Shown one piece after another: positions 31,174 through 40,417 of a DNA stretch of 64,000 nt. Source of the stretch: Candidatus Woesebacteria bacterium. GTDB lineage: Bacteria > Patescibacteriota > Microgenomatia > UBA8517. Location: NCBI GenBank assembly GCA_020060565.1, contig JAGVAE010000002.1:179255-243254 (forward strand), given 5' to 3'. Every line of letters starts with the position of its first letter. The stretch's first letter is position 1. The notes beneath the pieces are model-generated. The model did no database searches. It had not been told where the DNA came from and worked only from the letters and a program-made list of their open reading frames with translations. The translations under genes were made by a program, and so were the position numbers.

Positions 31174-31196
31174 ATTATTATAGATAGCACATTCAT

Positions 31197-31505
31197 ATGG
31201 CAACTGGACGACTTAGAGTAAAACTCAAGAGTTATGACCATAGAGTCCTCGATGAAGCATCAGCTAAAATCATCGACACGGCTCTTGCTACAGGTGCCAA
31301 AATCATAGGTCCCATTCCTCTCCCCACATCCCGTTCCATGATGGCAGTTAAAGAATCTCCTTTTACGGACAAAGATGCCCAAGAACATTATGAAGTTTTA
31401 GTTCACAAGAGATTAATTGATATTCTAGATCCATCCCCACGTACAGTTGATTCCCTTGGGAACCTTGATCTTCCAGCTGGGGTAAGTATTGAGATCAAGA
31501 TGTAA
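31197..31505 (+). CDS. rpsJ: 30S ribosomal protein S10
   Basis: RLRVKLKSYDHRVLDEASAKII…GPIPLPT…HYEVLVHKRLIDI. Confidence 0.95.
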   Translation: MATGRLRVKLKSYDHRVLDEASAKIIDTALATGAKIIGPIPLPTSRSMMAVKESPFTDKDAQEHYEVLVHKRLIDILDPSPRTVDSLGNLDLPAGVSIEIKM

Positions 31506-31528
31506 GTTTCTCCTGCCCTTCTTAAGAC

Positions 31529-32359
31529 ATGTCATTAGAAAACGATCAAGAACGGGTACAAAAAGCAATGGAAAAATACTCCAATTGGGAGGAACGACGA
31601 ACTGAAGTTCTTGAAGAATTAAAAGAATTTCGAAATATTAGAAGATTTTATCATTCGCAAAATAACCCAGGTGCTTATGTGACATTAAACATTTTTTTGA
31701 AAGATTCAGAAGTGCTTAAAACAGTTAGAGCTGCAGAATTGTTTCCTGATGAACCCAATCCAAGGTTTTTTGTGGCTTGGAGTGTGAGTGATGATCATAC
31801 GGATGTAAGAAAACTTGAGACAACCATTGACCCCAGTTTGGATAGGAAGGTGAGAATCTCTGGAGAAGTTATAGTTTTGAAAGATGAAACCAAATTTTTT
31901 CTCTGCGATCCGATTCAACTAAAAACTGGTGCTACGGAACTATCTACAGGGAAAAATTATCTAGAAGTATCTAATATTTTATTAGATAGGGGTTATATTC
32001 CCGTAGATGCTGAGTTTAGAATTCTTCCAATTGATAATACAAAAGATGACTTAGTAAGCCTTGGTGGGCTTGAAAAGGAATTTATTGATTTATATGGCAA
32101 TTTGAGTCTAACTGAAAGTATTATTATGTCCAAGGTAAATAGGACAAAGCTTGAAAATATAGTCCATTCACTTGTTAGAATTATTCAAAATAGTAAGAAT
32201 AGTGACGAAGTTGAGAGGGGAATTATATTTTTGGGTGACGTTTTGGCAGTTTTTCCAGGATTAAGGAAGTATTTTACGGGTCAAGAGAAAGAAAAAATGG
32301 TTCAAATAGTTAGCTCAAAAGATTTGATGGACGAGTCGGGATTGGGTGAGATAAACTAA
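31529..32359 (+). CDS. Hypothetical protein inserted after rpsJ
   Basis: 276 aa, no recognisable motifs. It is the first gene of an insertion that breaks the S10 operon. Confidence 0.5.
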   Translation: MSLENDQERVQKAMEKYSNWEERRTEVLEELKEFRNIRRFYHSQNNPGAYVTLNIFLKDSEVLKTVRAAELFPDEPNPRFFVAWSVSDDHTDVRKLETTIDPSLDRKVRISGEVIVLKDETKFFLCDPIQLKTGATELSTGKNYLEVSNILLDRGYIPVDAEFRILPIDNTKDDLVSLGGLEKEFIDLYGNLSLTESIIMSKVNRTKLENIVHSLVRIIQNSKNSDEVERGIIFLGDVLAVFPGLRKYFTGQEKEKMVQIVSSKDLMDESGLGEIN

Positions 32360-32363
32360 AGTT

Positions 32364-32909
32364 ATGTCTGTTGAAATTACATATTTCGTTCATGGAACCA
32401 CATTTGATAATGAGCAGGAAATTTCTTCTGGTTGGAAAGATGTAGACATTTCTCCAAAAGGAATAGAACAATCAATCGCCCTTAAGGATCAAGTTAAGGA
32501 TAAGAAATTTGATGTTGTATTCTGCTCTGACCTAAAACGTGCCGTACATTCGGCAAAATTGTCCTTTGAGGGAACTTATACAATTGTTCCCGATGCAAGA
32601 CTTAGGGAATGTAGTTATGGTGATTTTAATGGAAAGCCGTCAGAAGTTGTTGAATCTATGCAGGAGAGTCACGTAACTGAAAAATTTCCTAATGGCGAAA
32701 GTTATGAAGTTGTAAAGAGTAGGATAGCGGATTTTCTGGAAGATTTGAAGAAAAATTATGACGGTAAACATGTTGCAATAGTTGCCCACAAAGCTCCTCA
32801 ACTTTCGCTAGATGTGTTATTAAGAGGTAAAACATGGGAACAAGCCTTTGCAGAAGATTGGCGCAAAACCCATTCTTGGCAACCAGGATGGGAATATATT
32901 TTAAATTGA
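32364..32909 (+). CDS. Histidine phosphatase superfamily protein (phosphoglycerate-mutase-like); the first RHG motif is degenerate (VHG)
   Basis: FVHGTTFDNE where the RHGxxxxN motif is expected; SDLKRAVHSA; VAHKAPQ (the catalytic His region); 181 aa. Confidence 0.6.
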   Translation: MSVEITYFVHGTTFDNEQEISSGWKDVDISPKGIEQSIALKDQVKDKKFDVVFCSDLKRAVHSAKLSFEGTYTIVPDARLRECSYGDFNGKPSEVVESMQESHVTEKFPNGESYEVVKSRIADFLEDLKKNYDGKHVAIVAHKAPQLSLDVLLRGKTWEQAFAEDWRKTHSWQPGWEYILN

Positions 32910-33785
32910 ACTGAATTTTCTTCCTTTGACGTTTACTTTGCACCAGAGGGGGCTACTAACCACAATTGAGGCTCGCCAGAAATAGTTATAAATTGAAGCT
33001 GGTAAAATTGATTCAAAATACTTCAGGTAAGGACTTAAGGATATAGCTATGTTCCAAATAAAACTGGGAACCTTTATTTGTTTATATTTTTTTCCTTGAG
33101 CTTCAGTAAGGATCTTAAAAATCTCAGCTAAAGTCAGATTTTGGACTGCTAATGGGATAATCTGGTAAGTTTTGGGTGGTTTTTGAGAAACATTAACCAG
33201 ATATTTGGAGATATCATCGACATTGATAAGCCCTGTCTTTCCAGTCCAATTTAACCTCGAAAAGATAGAATTTGTTTTGACTAAACCTTTTAGAAAATTT
33301 AAAAAACTGTTTTTTCTGGGATTATCTCCCCAAACTGTGGGAAGCCTTAAAATTGTTAACTTAAATTTTCTATCTTTTGCAGCCTTAATTAGTATTTTTT
33401 CTGCTATTAATTTTGTATATCCATAGCCGTTATTTGGTGAGGGTTTGGTCTTTCCGTCAATAGCTTTTTTGCAGTTTTTCCTCCCCGCGTAAATTGCCAG
33501 GGAGCTGGTAAAAACAAAATGACTATTTTTATCTAATTTAAGATGTTCCAGTAGATTCTTTGTTCCAATATCATTACATCTTTGGTCAGCTTTTGAAGTA
33601 TCAGTTGCGGCTGCCAAGTGGATTACTAACCTTGGGTTTTTGGGGACTTTGGAAAGACCCTTTTTCGTAACTAAATTGTGTTTCCCCTCATTTAAAAGAA
33701 AAACTTTCTCTTTTTTATATTTATTTTTGATTAAGGGTGTAAGCTGACTTCCTATAAAACCCGTACCTCCCGTTATTAAAATCAT
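32901..33785 (-). CDS. NAD-dependent epimerase/dehydratase (extended SDR)
   Basis: MILITGGTGFIGS (a Rossmann GxxGxxG) and YGYTK (the catalytic YxxxK). It is antisense to the surrounding r-protein genes and convergent with the upstream gene, overlapping it by 9 nt. Confidence 0.8.
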   Translation of the reverse strand: MILITGGTGFIGSQLTPLIKNKYKKEKVFLLNEGKHNLVTKKGLSKVPKNPRLVIHLAAATDTSKADQRCNDIGTKNLLEHLKLDKNSHFVFTSSLAIYAGRKNCKKAIDGKTKPSPNNGYGYTKLIAEKILIKAAKDRKFKLTILRLPTVWGDNPRKNSFLNFLKGLVKTNSIFSRLNWTGKTGLINVDDISKYLVNVSQKPPKTYQIIPLAVQNLTLAEIFKILTEAQGKKYKQIKVPSFIWNIAISLSPYLKYFESILPASIYNYFWRASIVVSSPLWCKVNVKGRKFSSI

Positions 33786-33805
33786 AAGGGTATAATAGCG
33801 CTTGT

Positions 33806-34789
33806 ATGTGGAAACATAAATGGTTAATTATATCTCTAGTTTTGGCCGTATTTTTGATCATTTTTAGGTTTAATCACGGAGTTATCCAACAGGATAATTA
33901 TGTGGGATATGCCAGAACTTTTCCCTTTTCTGTAGGTAGTATAGATTTTTTTGAATCCCGACTTCTTCCAGGGCTTCCTATTTTAATTTATTTATTTAGC
34001 TGGTTGACCCAAAATCTTTATGTCTCAGGGTATTTAATTACTCTTCTTTCTTTTGTTGGTTCCTATTTCTTACTTTATAAAATCACTGGCTCACGTTTTA
34101 GTGTTTTGCCTTTGGTTTTTCCTCCAATTCTTCTTTCCCTATCAACTCTAATTGATACCGAATTTCCCTTCATTTTTTTGGCTCTTCTTGGCTACTACCT
34201 GATAAGGAAGGAGAAAATGGCTTTGGCATTTCTTGTAATAGGGCTATCTGTTTGGTTTAGGTTGGCAGGCTTAGCTTTGATTTTTGCTGTTTTTATATAC
34301 TTTTTGGTTCAAAAGAAGTTTACCAAGTTTTTTATTTACCTGCCTTATTTTACCCTTCCGATGGTTTTCCTTATGGCTTATAACGCCTACTTTTTTGGGT
34401 CTAGCGATCTTTTTTATCAGCTTACTACTTATGAGGCACTTCACCCTGGAAGGATTAATATTGGAGTAGTCCAATTGGGGTTGGATTTAGTTAGGGCAAT
34501 AAGGTGGCATTGGTACAGGATCTTTGTGTCAGGTCTTTTCTATGTGATCTTTTTTGTGGTTCTTTGGGTAAAATCCATTAAGCCCAAGGCTCTTGAGTTT
34601 TGGCTGATAACAGGCATTTATCTTTTTACACTAACAGTTAATTTAGTGCCATTTTTGGAGAATTTGGGCAGGTACTTGGCTCCAACTATTCCATTTTTCT
34701 GGATAATGTACTACGGTAAGTTTAAAAAGAGGGGGTTAGTATTTTTGCCTTTTACCCTTCTTGTATCATCCTTGGTAGTTCTAATTTGA
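33806..34789 (+). CDS. Polytopic membrane protein; candidate GT-C-type glycosyltransferase or polymerase
   Basis: 327 aa with about 9-10 hydrophobic helices and aromatic/Pro-rich loops. No soluble domain is present. Confidence 0.5.
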   Translation: MWKHKWLIISLVLAVFLIIFRFNHGVIQQDNYVGYARTFPFSVGSIDFFESRLLPGLPILIYLFSWLTQNLYVSGYLITLLSFVGSYFLLYKITGSRFSVLPLVFPPILLSLSTLIDTEFPFIFLALLGYYLIRKEKMALAFLVIGLSVWFRLAGLALIFAVFIYFLVQKKFTKFFIYLPYFTLPMVFLMAYNAYFFGSSDLFYQLTTYEALHPGRINIGVVQLGLDLVRAIRWHWYRIFVSGLFYVIFFVVLWVKSIKPKALEFWLITGIYLFTLTVNLVPFLENLGRYLAPTIPFFWIMYYGKFKKRGLVFLPFTLLVSSLVVLI

Positions 34790-34973
34790 GCAGGCTTGCC
34801 AAGAGATTAGCCTTCTGGTATAATGTCCCCATTACAATATGGTGGTCATGAATAACATCAGCCACGGTAAGTTAGCTTCTTAAGGGGCTCCAAAAGCGCC
34901 TTTTAGGGGGCGCTTAAGTTGTTTAATGGCGGGTGAAGAACAGGTGGTTCTATCACTTCGCTCCAAAACAAAA

Positions 34974-35738
34974 ATGATAAATACAATTTTAGGTTCAAAA
35001 GGAAGTGTTTCCCAGACCTTCGTGCAAGGCTTTAAAGTGCCTGTCACTAAGGTTACCGCTGGGCCCTGTGTCGTGACTGCCATTAAGAATGAAACCCGTG
35101 ATGGTTATTGGGCAATTCAAATTGGTTATTCAGTTAAAAAACTCAAAAATACCTCAAAACCTCTTCAAGGACACCTCAAAGCTACTATAAAAGAAGACAA
35201 AGCCCCAAGATTTTTAAGAGAGATTAAAGTTAAAAAAGAGCCAGAAGTTAAAGTCGGAGACACAATATCAACCTCCGACATTTTTCATGCTGGAGATATA
35301 GTTTCAGTAACTGGAGTTTCAAAGGGTAAAGGTTTTGCTGGAGGAGTTAAAAGATGGGGATTTCATGGAGGACCTCGTACTCATGGTCAGAGTGATCGTG
35401 AGCGTGCTCCAGGATCAATTGGACAAACAACAACTCCAGGTAGAGTCTATAAAGGCAAAAAGATGGCGGGAAGAATGGGAGGGGAACAAGTTACTATTAA
35501 GAATCTTCACGTAATTTCAATCAACCCTGAGACAAATGAAATGGAAATATCAGGACAGATTCCAGGAACCCCAGGGGGTCTTATCACAATCAAGAAAATT
35601 AAATCAGGCAGTTTGAAAGAATTGGAACATGAAGTGGTAGCTCAAGTTGTTGAGGGAGAAGCTCCAACTGGGGAAGCAGAAGGAGAAAAGAAGGAAGAGA
35701 CAGCTCAAGTACCAGAAGGAGGAACACCAAATGCTTAA
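34974..35738 (+). CDS. rplC: 50S ribosomal protein L3 with an acidic C-terminal tail
   Basis: GSKGSVSQTF…GVSKGKGFAGGVKRWGFHGGPRTHGQSDRERAPGSIGQ…. The start ATG at 34974 is more likely than the track start at 34926. The C-terminus is EAEGEKKEETAQVPEGG. Confidence 0.9.
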   Translation: MINTILGSKGSVSQTFVQGFKVPVTKVTAGPCVVTAIKNETRDGYWAIQIGYSVKKLKNTSKPLQGHLKATIKEDKAPRFLREIKVKKEPEVKVGDTISTSDIFHAGDIVSVTGVSKGKGFAGGVKRWGFHGGPRTHGQSDRERAPGSIGQTTTPGRVYKGKKMAGRMGGEQVTIKNLHVISINPETNEMEISGQIPGTPGGLITIKKIKSGSLKELEHEVVAQVVEGEAPTGEAEGEKKEETAQVPEGGTPNA

Positions 35739-36363
35739 AGTACAAGTTTATACAATTAAAGGATCAAAAGTTGGGGAGATGGTTCTTCCAAAGGATACAT
35801 TTGAAGCTAAGATTAGTATGGATTTACTATCTCAGGCCAATCATGTGTATGAAGAAAGAAGTCATATTGGTTTAAGAAATACTAAAACAAGATCTGAAGT
35901 AAATAGAACAACCAAGAAGATTTACAAACAAAAAGGAACGGGAGGAGCAAGACATGGTTCAAGACGTGCCAATTTGTATGTAGGTGGAGGAATCGTTTTT
36001 GGACCACGTCCTTTAAGAAGAGAACTTTCCTTACCCCTTTCTCAAAAGAAAGCTGCAGTTATTTCTGCCTATTCGGCCAAAGCCAAGGCTCATGAAATAA
36101 TTGCCATTCGTGGTATTTCGGGACTGACCAAAACCAACGAGGCTGCCAGTTTTCTTAAGAAAATTGCTGAGGATGTTAAATCGAAGAGTTTTACATTTAT
36201 TCTTTCTGAAAAATCTCTACCTATTTTTAGATTTTTGAGGAACTTGGGTAATGTAAAGTCAGTTTTATATAAAAATGCCAATGCATTTGACATCATCGGG
36301 GCTGGGCAGATTGTATTAGACGAGGATATTTTTGAGAAAAAAGTAGTTAAAAAAGCTAAATAA
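35731..36363 (+). CDS. rplD: 50S ribosomal protein L4
   Basis: MLKVQVYTIKGSKVGEMVLPKDTF…KGTGGARHGSRRANLYVGGG; an AGGAGG Shine-Dalgarno sits at 35717-35722. The start overlaps the rplC 3' end. Confidence 0.9.
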   Translation: MLKVQVYTIKGSKVGEMVLPKDTFEAKISMDLLSQANHVYEERSHIGLRNTKTRSEVNRTTKKIYKQKGTGGARHGSRRANLYVGGGIVFGPRPLRRELSLPLSQKKAAVISAYSAKAKAHEIIAIRGISGLTKTNEAASFLKKIAEDVKSKSFTFILSEKSLPIFRFLRNLGNVKSVLYKNANAFDIIGAGQIVLDEDIFEKKVVKKAK

Positions 36364-36364
36364 T

Positions 36365-36643
36365 ATGTTAAAACCAATTTTTACAGAAAAAAGTACAAAG
36401 ATGGCCAAAATGGGTAAATACTCATTTTGGGTAGAACCAGGGTCTACAAAAACAGGACTTAAATCCCTTATTGGAAAGATTTTTGGTGTTCATGTCACAA
36501 GCATCAAAACAATAAAAAAGGGTGGGGAAAAGGGAAGAAACGCTCGTGGTAAGAGATTTAATAGGCTAGCAAGTAAAAAAGCTGTTGTTACTATCAAAGC
36601 TGGAGAAAAAATCAGTGTTTTTGAAGAAACAAAGAAAAAATAA
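36365..36643 (+). CDS. rplW: 50S ribosomal protein L23
   Basis: MLKPIFTEKSTKMAK…YSFWVEPGSTKTGLKSLIGKIFGVHVTSIKTI. Confidence 0.9.
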   Translation: MLKPIFTEKSTKMAKMGKYSFWVEPGSTKTGLKSLIGKIFGVHVTSIKTIKKGGEKGRNARGKRFNRLASKKAVVTIKAGEKISVFEETKKK

Positions 36644-36645
36644 TC

Positions 36646-37398
36646 ATGATTAAACTTAAATCAACATTACGAAGAAAATCGGGTAGAGCTCATGGATCAG
36701 TTGTGGTCAGGCACCAGGGTGGAGGAGAAAAGAGATTTCTTAGGGAAGTCGACTTTAAGCGCGGCAAGATTGATGTTTGGGGAAAAGTTCTTGCAATTGA
36801 ATATGATCCCAATAGAAAAGCTAGGTTGGCATTAGTACTTTATGAAGATGGAGAAAGACGATATATTCTCTCCCCAGACAAACTTGAAGTTGGGATGCGA
36901 GTAATTGCATCAGAAGCTGCACCTATTGAGGTGGGAAATTCACTTCCCTTAAAAGCTATTCCAGTTGGAGTACAAGTTCATAATATTGAGATAACCAAAG
37001 GTAAAGGTGGACAGGTTGTTAAAAGTGCAGGAAGTGCAGCAGTTATTTTTGGCAGGGAAGAGAATTGGATTTTGGTAAAATTACCATCGGGGGAGATTAG
37101 AAGATTCTATCCCGATGCTTGGGCAACAGTTGGACAGGTTGGGAATGTTGATGCTAAGAACGAAAAAATTGGAAAAGCAGGAAGAAAACGTCATATGGGT
37201 ATTAGACCGTCAGTACGCGGAGTTGCTATGAACCCACATTCCCATCCACATGGAGGAGGAGAAGGAAGAAGTGGTATTGGTATGAAACACCCAAAGACTG
37301 TTTATGGTAGAAGTGCGGTAGGTAAAACTAGGAATAAAACCAAATATTCAAACTATTTGATAGTTCAAAGAAGAGGAGGAAAAGCCATACTTGGCTAG
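36646..37398 (+). CDS. rplB: 50S ribosomal protein L2
   Basis: …HQGGGEKRFLREVDF…GMKHPKTVYGRSAVGKTRNKTKYSNYLIV. Confidence 0.95.
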   Translation: MIKLKSTLRRKSGRAHGSVVVRHQGGGEKRFLREVDFKRGKIDVWGKVLAIEYDPNRKARLALVLYEDGERRYILSPDKLEVGMRVIASEAAPIEVGNSLPLKAIPVGVQVHNIEITKGKGGQVVKSAGSAAVIFGREENWILVKLPSGEIRRFYPDAWATVGQVGNVDAKNEKIGKAGRKRHMGIRPSVRGVAMNPHSHPHGGGEGRSGIGMKHPKTVYGRSAVGKTRNKTKYSNYLIVQRRGGKAILG

Positions 37399-37407
37399 AA
37401 TAAAATT

Positions 37408-37689
37408 ATGAGCAGAAGTAATAAAAAAGGACCGTTTGTAGATCCTAACTTAATTAAAAAAATTGAAAATGGATTAGGCTTGAAAGAAAGCCCAATCAAG
37501 ACGTGGTCAAGAGCTTGTCAAATTGCCCCTACTTTTGTGGGTAAGTATTTCCAAGTACATAATGGGCATGTTTTTATCAATATTTTTGTAACTGAAGACA
37601 TGGTGGGACATCGCTTGGGTGAGTTTTCACCAACCAGAACATTTAGAGGACATGGTGAGGTTGTTAAAAGAACGATGGATAAGACCTAG
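37408..37689 (+). CDS. rpsS: 30S ribosomal protein S19
   Basis: [18 protein letters not shown]…[34 protein letters not shown]. Confidence 0.95.
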   Translation: MSRSNKKGPFVDPNLIKKIENGLGLKESPIKTWSRACQIAPTFVGKYFQVHNGHVFINIFVTEDMVGHRLGEFSPTRTFRGHGEVVKRTMDKT

Positions 37690-37699
37690 TGTAATCAAT

Positions 37700-38146
37700 A
37701 TGGAAAAAACATTTAAATCAACACAAAAATATTTAATAGAAAGCCCAAGAAAGTTAAGACTTGTTGTCGGTTTGATTAAAAAGATGAGCCCACTTGAGGC
37801 AATTGAGAAGTTGCCATTTGCTAGTCGTCGTGCAGCTCATGATTTAATCAAGGTAATCAAATCAGCCATGGCCAATGCCAAAAACCAGGGAGTAAGTGAC
37901 ACAGATTTAATATTTAAAGAGATTCAGATTGGTGAAGGCCCACGCTTAAAAAGAGGAAGAGCCGCAAGTCGTGGCCGTTGGCATCCGTTCAAGAAAAGAA
38001 TGAGTCATATTAGGGTTGTACTAACAACTAAACCCGTTAAGTCCGTTAAGAAAGAAGAAGTTAATGAAGTAGTTGAGCAAGAAAAGAAAACAAAAGAAGT
38101 TAAAGTCAAAGAAGTGAAAAAAGTTAAGAAAGGAACTGATAAATAA
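37700..38146 (+). CDS. rplV: 50S ribosomal protein L22 with a Lys-rich C-terminal extension
   Basis: MEKTFKSTQKYLIESPRKLRLVVGLIKKMSPLEAIEKL…; the tail is KKEEVNEVVEQEKKTKEVKVKEVKKVKK. The track start at 37619 overlaps rpsS. Confidence 0.9.
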   Translation: MEKTFKSTQKYLIESPRKLRLVVGLIKKMSPLEAIEKLPFASRRAAHDLIKVIKSAMANAKNQGVSDTDLIFKEIQIGEGPRLKRGRAASRGRWHPFKKRMSHIRVVLTTKPVKSVKKEEVNEVVEQEKKTKEVKVKEVKKVKKGTDK

Positions 38147-38147
38147 C

Positions 38148-38801
38148 ATGGGACAAAAAGTTAATCCAATCGGCATAAGAACTGGTTTTTATCTCCCCTG
38201 GAAATCCAGGTGGTTTGGAGATAGCAGGTCGTTCAAGGAATTCTTAGTGGAGGATATTAAGATAAGAACTGGCTTAATGGATAAGCTTAAACTTGCAGGA
38301 ATTACTACTGTTGAGATTGAGCGAATGGCCAAAAGTATGGTTGTAATTATCACAGTAAGTAGGCCAGGAGTAGTAATAGGTCGTGGGGGAACAGGGATCG
38401 AAGATGTCAAAAAATTTATTTTATCTGTAATGAGAGAGACCAGGGGAAAGGTGGTAAAAGATGTTAAAATAGATATTCGAATTAACGAAGTAAAAAATCC
38501 CGAATTATCCGCACATTTGGTTGCAGGAAGAATTGCACAAGAGTTGGAACGTAGAATTCCCCACAGGCGTGCAGTTCAGAAAGCAATAGAGCGCGTCATG
38601 GCCTCAGGAGCCTTGGGAGTAAAAGTAGTTCTTGGGGGACGTATAAATGGAGCAGAAATAAGTCGTGTTGAGAAATTCCATCAGGGTTCGGTTCCATCAC
38701 AAACTTTAAGGGAAAACATTGATTATTCTCAGGTTCCCGCACTTTTGAAACGTGGTTATGTGGGAGTAAAAGTCTGGATACATAGAAAAATAGAAGATTA
38801 A
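38148..38801 (+). CDS. rpsC: 30S ribosomal protein S3
   Basis: MGQKVNPIGIRTG… with a KH domain; 217 aa. Confidence 0.95.
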   Translation: MGQKVNPIGIRTGFYLPWKSRWFGDSRSFKEFLVEDIKIRTGLMDKLKLAGITTVEIERMAKSMVVIITVSRPGVVIGRGGTGIEDVKKFILSVMRETRGKVVKDVKIDIRINEVKNPELSAHLVAGRIAQELERRIPHRRAVQKAIERVMASGALGVKVVLGGRINGAEISRVEKFHQGSVPSQTLRENIDYSQVPALLKRGYVGVKVWIHRKIED

Positions 38802-38806
38802 ATAAT

Positions 38807-39217
38807 ATGTTACAACCAAAAAGAAGAAAATTTATTAAAGAGTTTAGGGGTAGAAGACGTGGTAATGCAACCCGTGGAGCTGATATTTCATTTGGAGATT
38901 TTGCCATGAAGGCACAAGAAGTTGCTTGGATAACATCAGCCCAAATTGAATCAGCAAGGCGTACAATTACTCATTCCCTTAAAAAGGGGGGTAGGGTTTG
39001 GATCAGGATTTTCCCAGACAAACCAATAACTGGTCGACCCGCTGGAAAGCGTATGGGTGGTGGAAAAGGAGATATTTCAACTTACGTTGCAGTGGTTAAA
39101 CCTGGAATGATACTTTTTGAGGTTGCAGGAGCAGCTGAAGAGATTGTTCGTGAGGCATTTAGAAAAGCTGCTTGTAAATTACCAATTGATATCAAAATGG
39201 TATCTCGTGAGAATTAA
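38807..39217 (+). CDS. rplP: 50S ribosomal protein L16
   Basis: MLQPKRRKFIKEFRGRRRGNATRG…RMGGGKGDISTYVAVVKPGMILFEV. Confidence 0.95.
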   Translation: MLQPKRRKFIKEFRGRRRGNATRGADISFGDFAMKAQEVAWITSAQIESARRTITHSLKKGGRVWIRIFPDKPITGRPAGKRMGGGKGDISTYVAVVKPGMILFEVAGAAEEIVREAFRKAACKLPIDIKMVSREN

Positions 39218-39223
39218 TGAAAT

Positions 39224-39246
39224 AAGCGAAAGCTTGTTAGAATATC
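39224..39246 (+). repeat. Recurrent intergenic hairpin motif, copy 1 (AAGCGAAAGCTTGTTAGAATATC)
   Basis: An AAGC-GAAA-GCTT stem-loop plus TTAGAATATC, ending immediately before the rpmC ATG. Near-identical copies occur at 40072-40093 and 41172-41193. Confidence 0.6.
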
Positions 39247-39462
39247 ATGAAAAAGAAAGACTTTATCGATTTAAGAGCAAAAGACCTTAAGGCTTTAAAA
39301 TCAATGGCTATGGCTAAAAAACTTGAAGCTGATAAGATGCGAATGGAGATAGTTGGTGGAAAAGAAAAGAATCTTAAAGCAACCAACAATCTAAGGCACG
39401 ATATTGCTCAGATTTTAACATTAGTTAGGGAGAAAGAAATTTTAGAAAAATTAAATAAATGA
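39247..39462 (+). CDS. rpmC: 50S ribosomal protein L29
   Basis: 71 aa; LRAKDLKALKSMAMAKKLE…. Confidence 0.85.
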   Translation: MKKKDFIDLRAKDLKALKSMAMAKKLEADKMRMEIVGGKEKNLKATNNLRHDIAQILTLVREKEILEKLNK

Positions 39463-39707
39463 AAATATTTGTTGGACATGTAACTGGCACAAAAATGGCA
39501 AAAACAGCAGAGGTTACCGTGGAAAGAGTTGTCATCCATCCTCTATACAAAAAGAGATTTAAAAGAGACAAAAAATATCAAGTTCATGATGAAATTGGTA
39601 CTAAAATTAACGATGTGGTTAAATTTGCAGCCAGCAAACCATATTCGAAAACCAAAAAATGGAAAATATTAGAGGTTGTCACAGCAAAGAAAGGAAAAGC
39701 AAAATAA
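39459..39707 (+). CDS. rpsQ: 30S ribosomal protein S17
   Basis: GHVTGTKMAKTAEVTVERVVIHPLYKKRFKRDKKYQVHDE. Confidence 0.9.
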   Translation: MKIFVGHVTGTKMAKTAEVTVERVVIHPLYKKRFKRDKKYQVHDEIGTKINDVVKFAASKPYSKTKKWKILEVVTAKKGKAK

Positions 39708-40073
39708 ATGGTACAACTTAGAAGTATACTAGTACCTGCCGATAACAGTGGGGCAAAACGCCTAATGATTATTGGAGTTCCTGGGCGTGTCGGAAAAGTT
39801 GCAACTCTTGGAGATGTTGTTCTCTGTGTAGTACAGGGGGCTAATGTGGCAGGAGCAGTAGTTGATCATGAGAAAGTAAAAGTTTTAATTGTCAGGACTC
39901 GAAAAGAAGTGGGAAGAAGTGATGGAAGTTATATAAGATTTGACGACAATGCGGGAGTGGTAATTGATAAACAGGGGCTGCCTCGCGGGACTAGAATTTT
40001 GGGTCCCATAGCCCGTGAGGTTAAAGAAGTTGGATATCATAAAATAGCATCACTAGCTAGGGAGGTTATATAA
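39708..40073 (+). CDS. rplN: 50S ribosomal protein L14
   Basis: MVQLRSILVPADNSGAKRLMIIGV…. Confidence 0.95.
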   Translation: MVQLRSILVPADNSGAKRLMIIGVPGRVGKVATLGDVVLCVVQGANVAGAVVDHEKVKVLIVRTRKEVGRSDGSYIRFDDNAGVVIDKQGLPRGTRILGPIAREVKEVGYHKIASLAREVI

Positions 40074-40093
40074 GCAAAGCTTGTTAGAATATC
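40072..40093 (+). repeat. Recurrent intergenic hairpin motif, copy 2 (AAGCAAAGCTTGTTAGAATATC)
   Basis: Overlaps the rplN stop codon; it differs from copy 1 by a single-base deletion. Confidence 0.6.
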
Positions 40094-40101
40094 TTAAAAA
40101 A

Positions 40102-40416
40102 ATGATGAAACTAAAGATAAACGATACAGTCAAAATAACAATAGGTAAGGACAAAGGTAGAGAGGGTAAAATTGAAAAAATTATGCCCAAAGAAGCCAAA
40201 ATCATTGTACCTGGGGTAAATATGTATAAAAAACATGTTAAAGGAATAGGAGAAACAAAGGCTGGTATATATGATATACCTCGTCCACTTTCTCTGGGAA
40301 AAGTTGCATTGATTTGTCCTAAATGTAAAAAAATAACTAGGGTTGGGTTTAAATTTGCAGGAAGCCAAAAAGTTAGAGTTTGCAAGAAATGTGGAAAAGA
40401 GATAGACACTAAATGA
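40102..40416 (+). CDS. rplX: 50S ribosomal protein L24 with a C-terminal C4 zinc-ribbon extension
   Basis: A KOW motif (KINDTVKITIGKDKGREGKI) and the C-terminal CPKCKK…CKKCGKEID. The ATG at 40102 is preferred over the track's TTG at 40081. Confidence 0.85.
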   Translation: MMKLKINDTVKITIGKDKGREGKIEKIMPKEAKIIVPGVNMYKKHVKGIGETKAGIYDIPRPLSLGKVALICPKCKKITRVGFKFAGSQKVRVCKKCGKEIDTK

Positions 40417-40417
40417 T

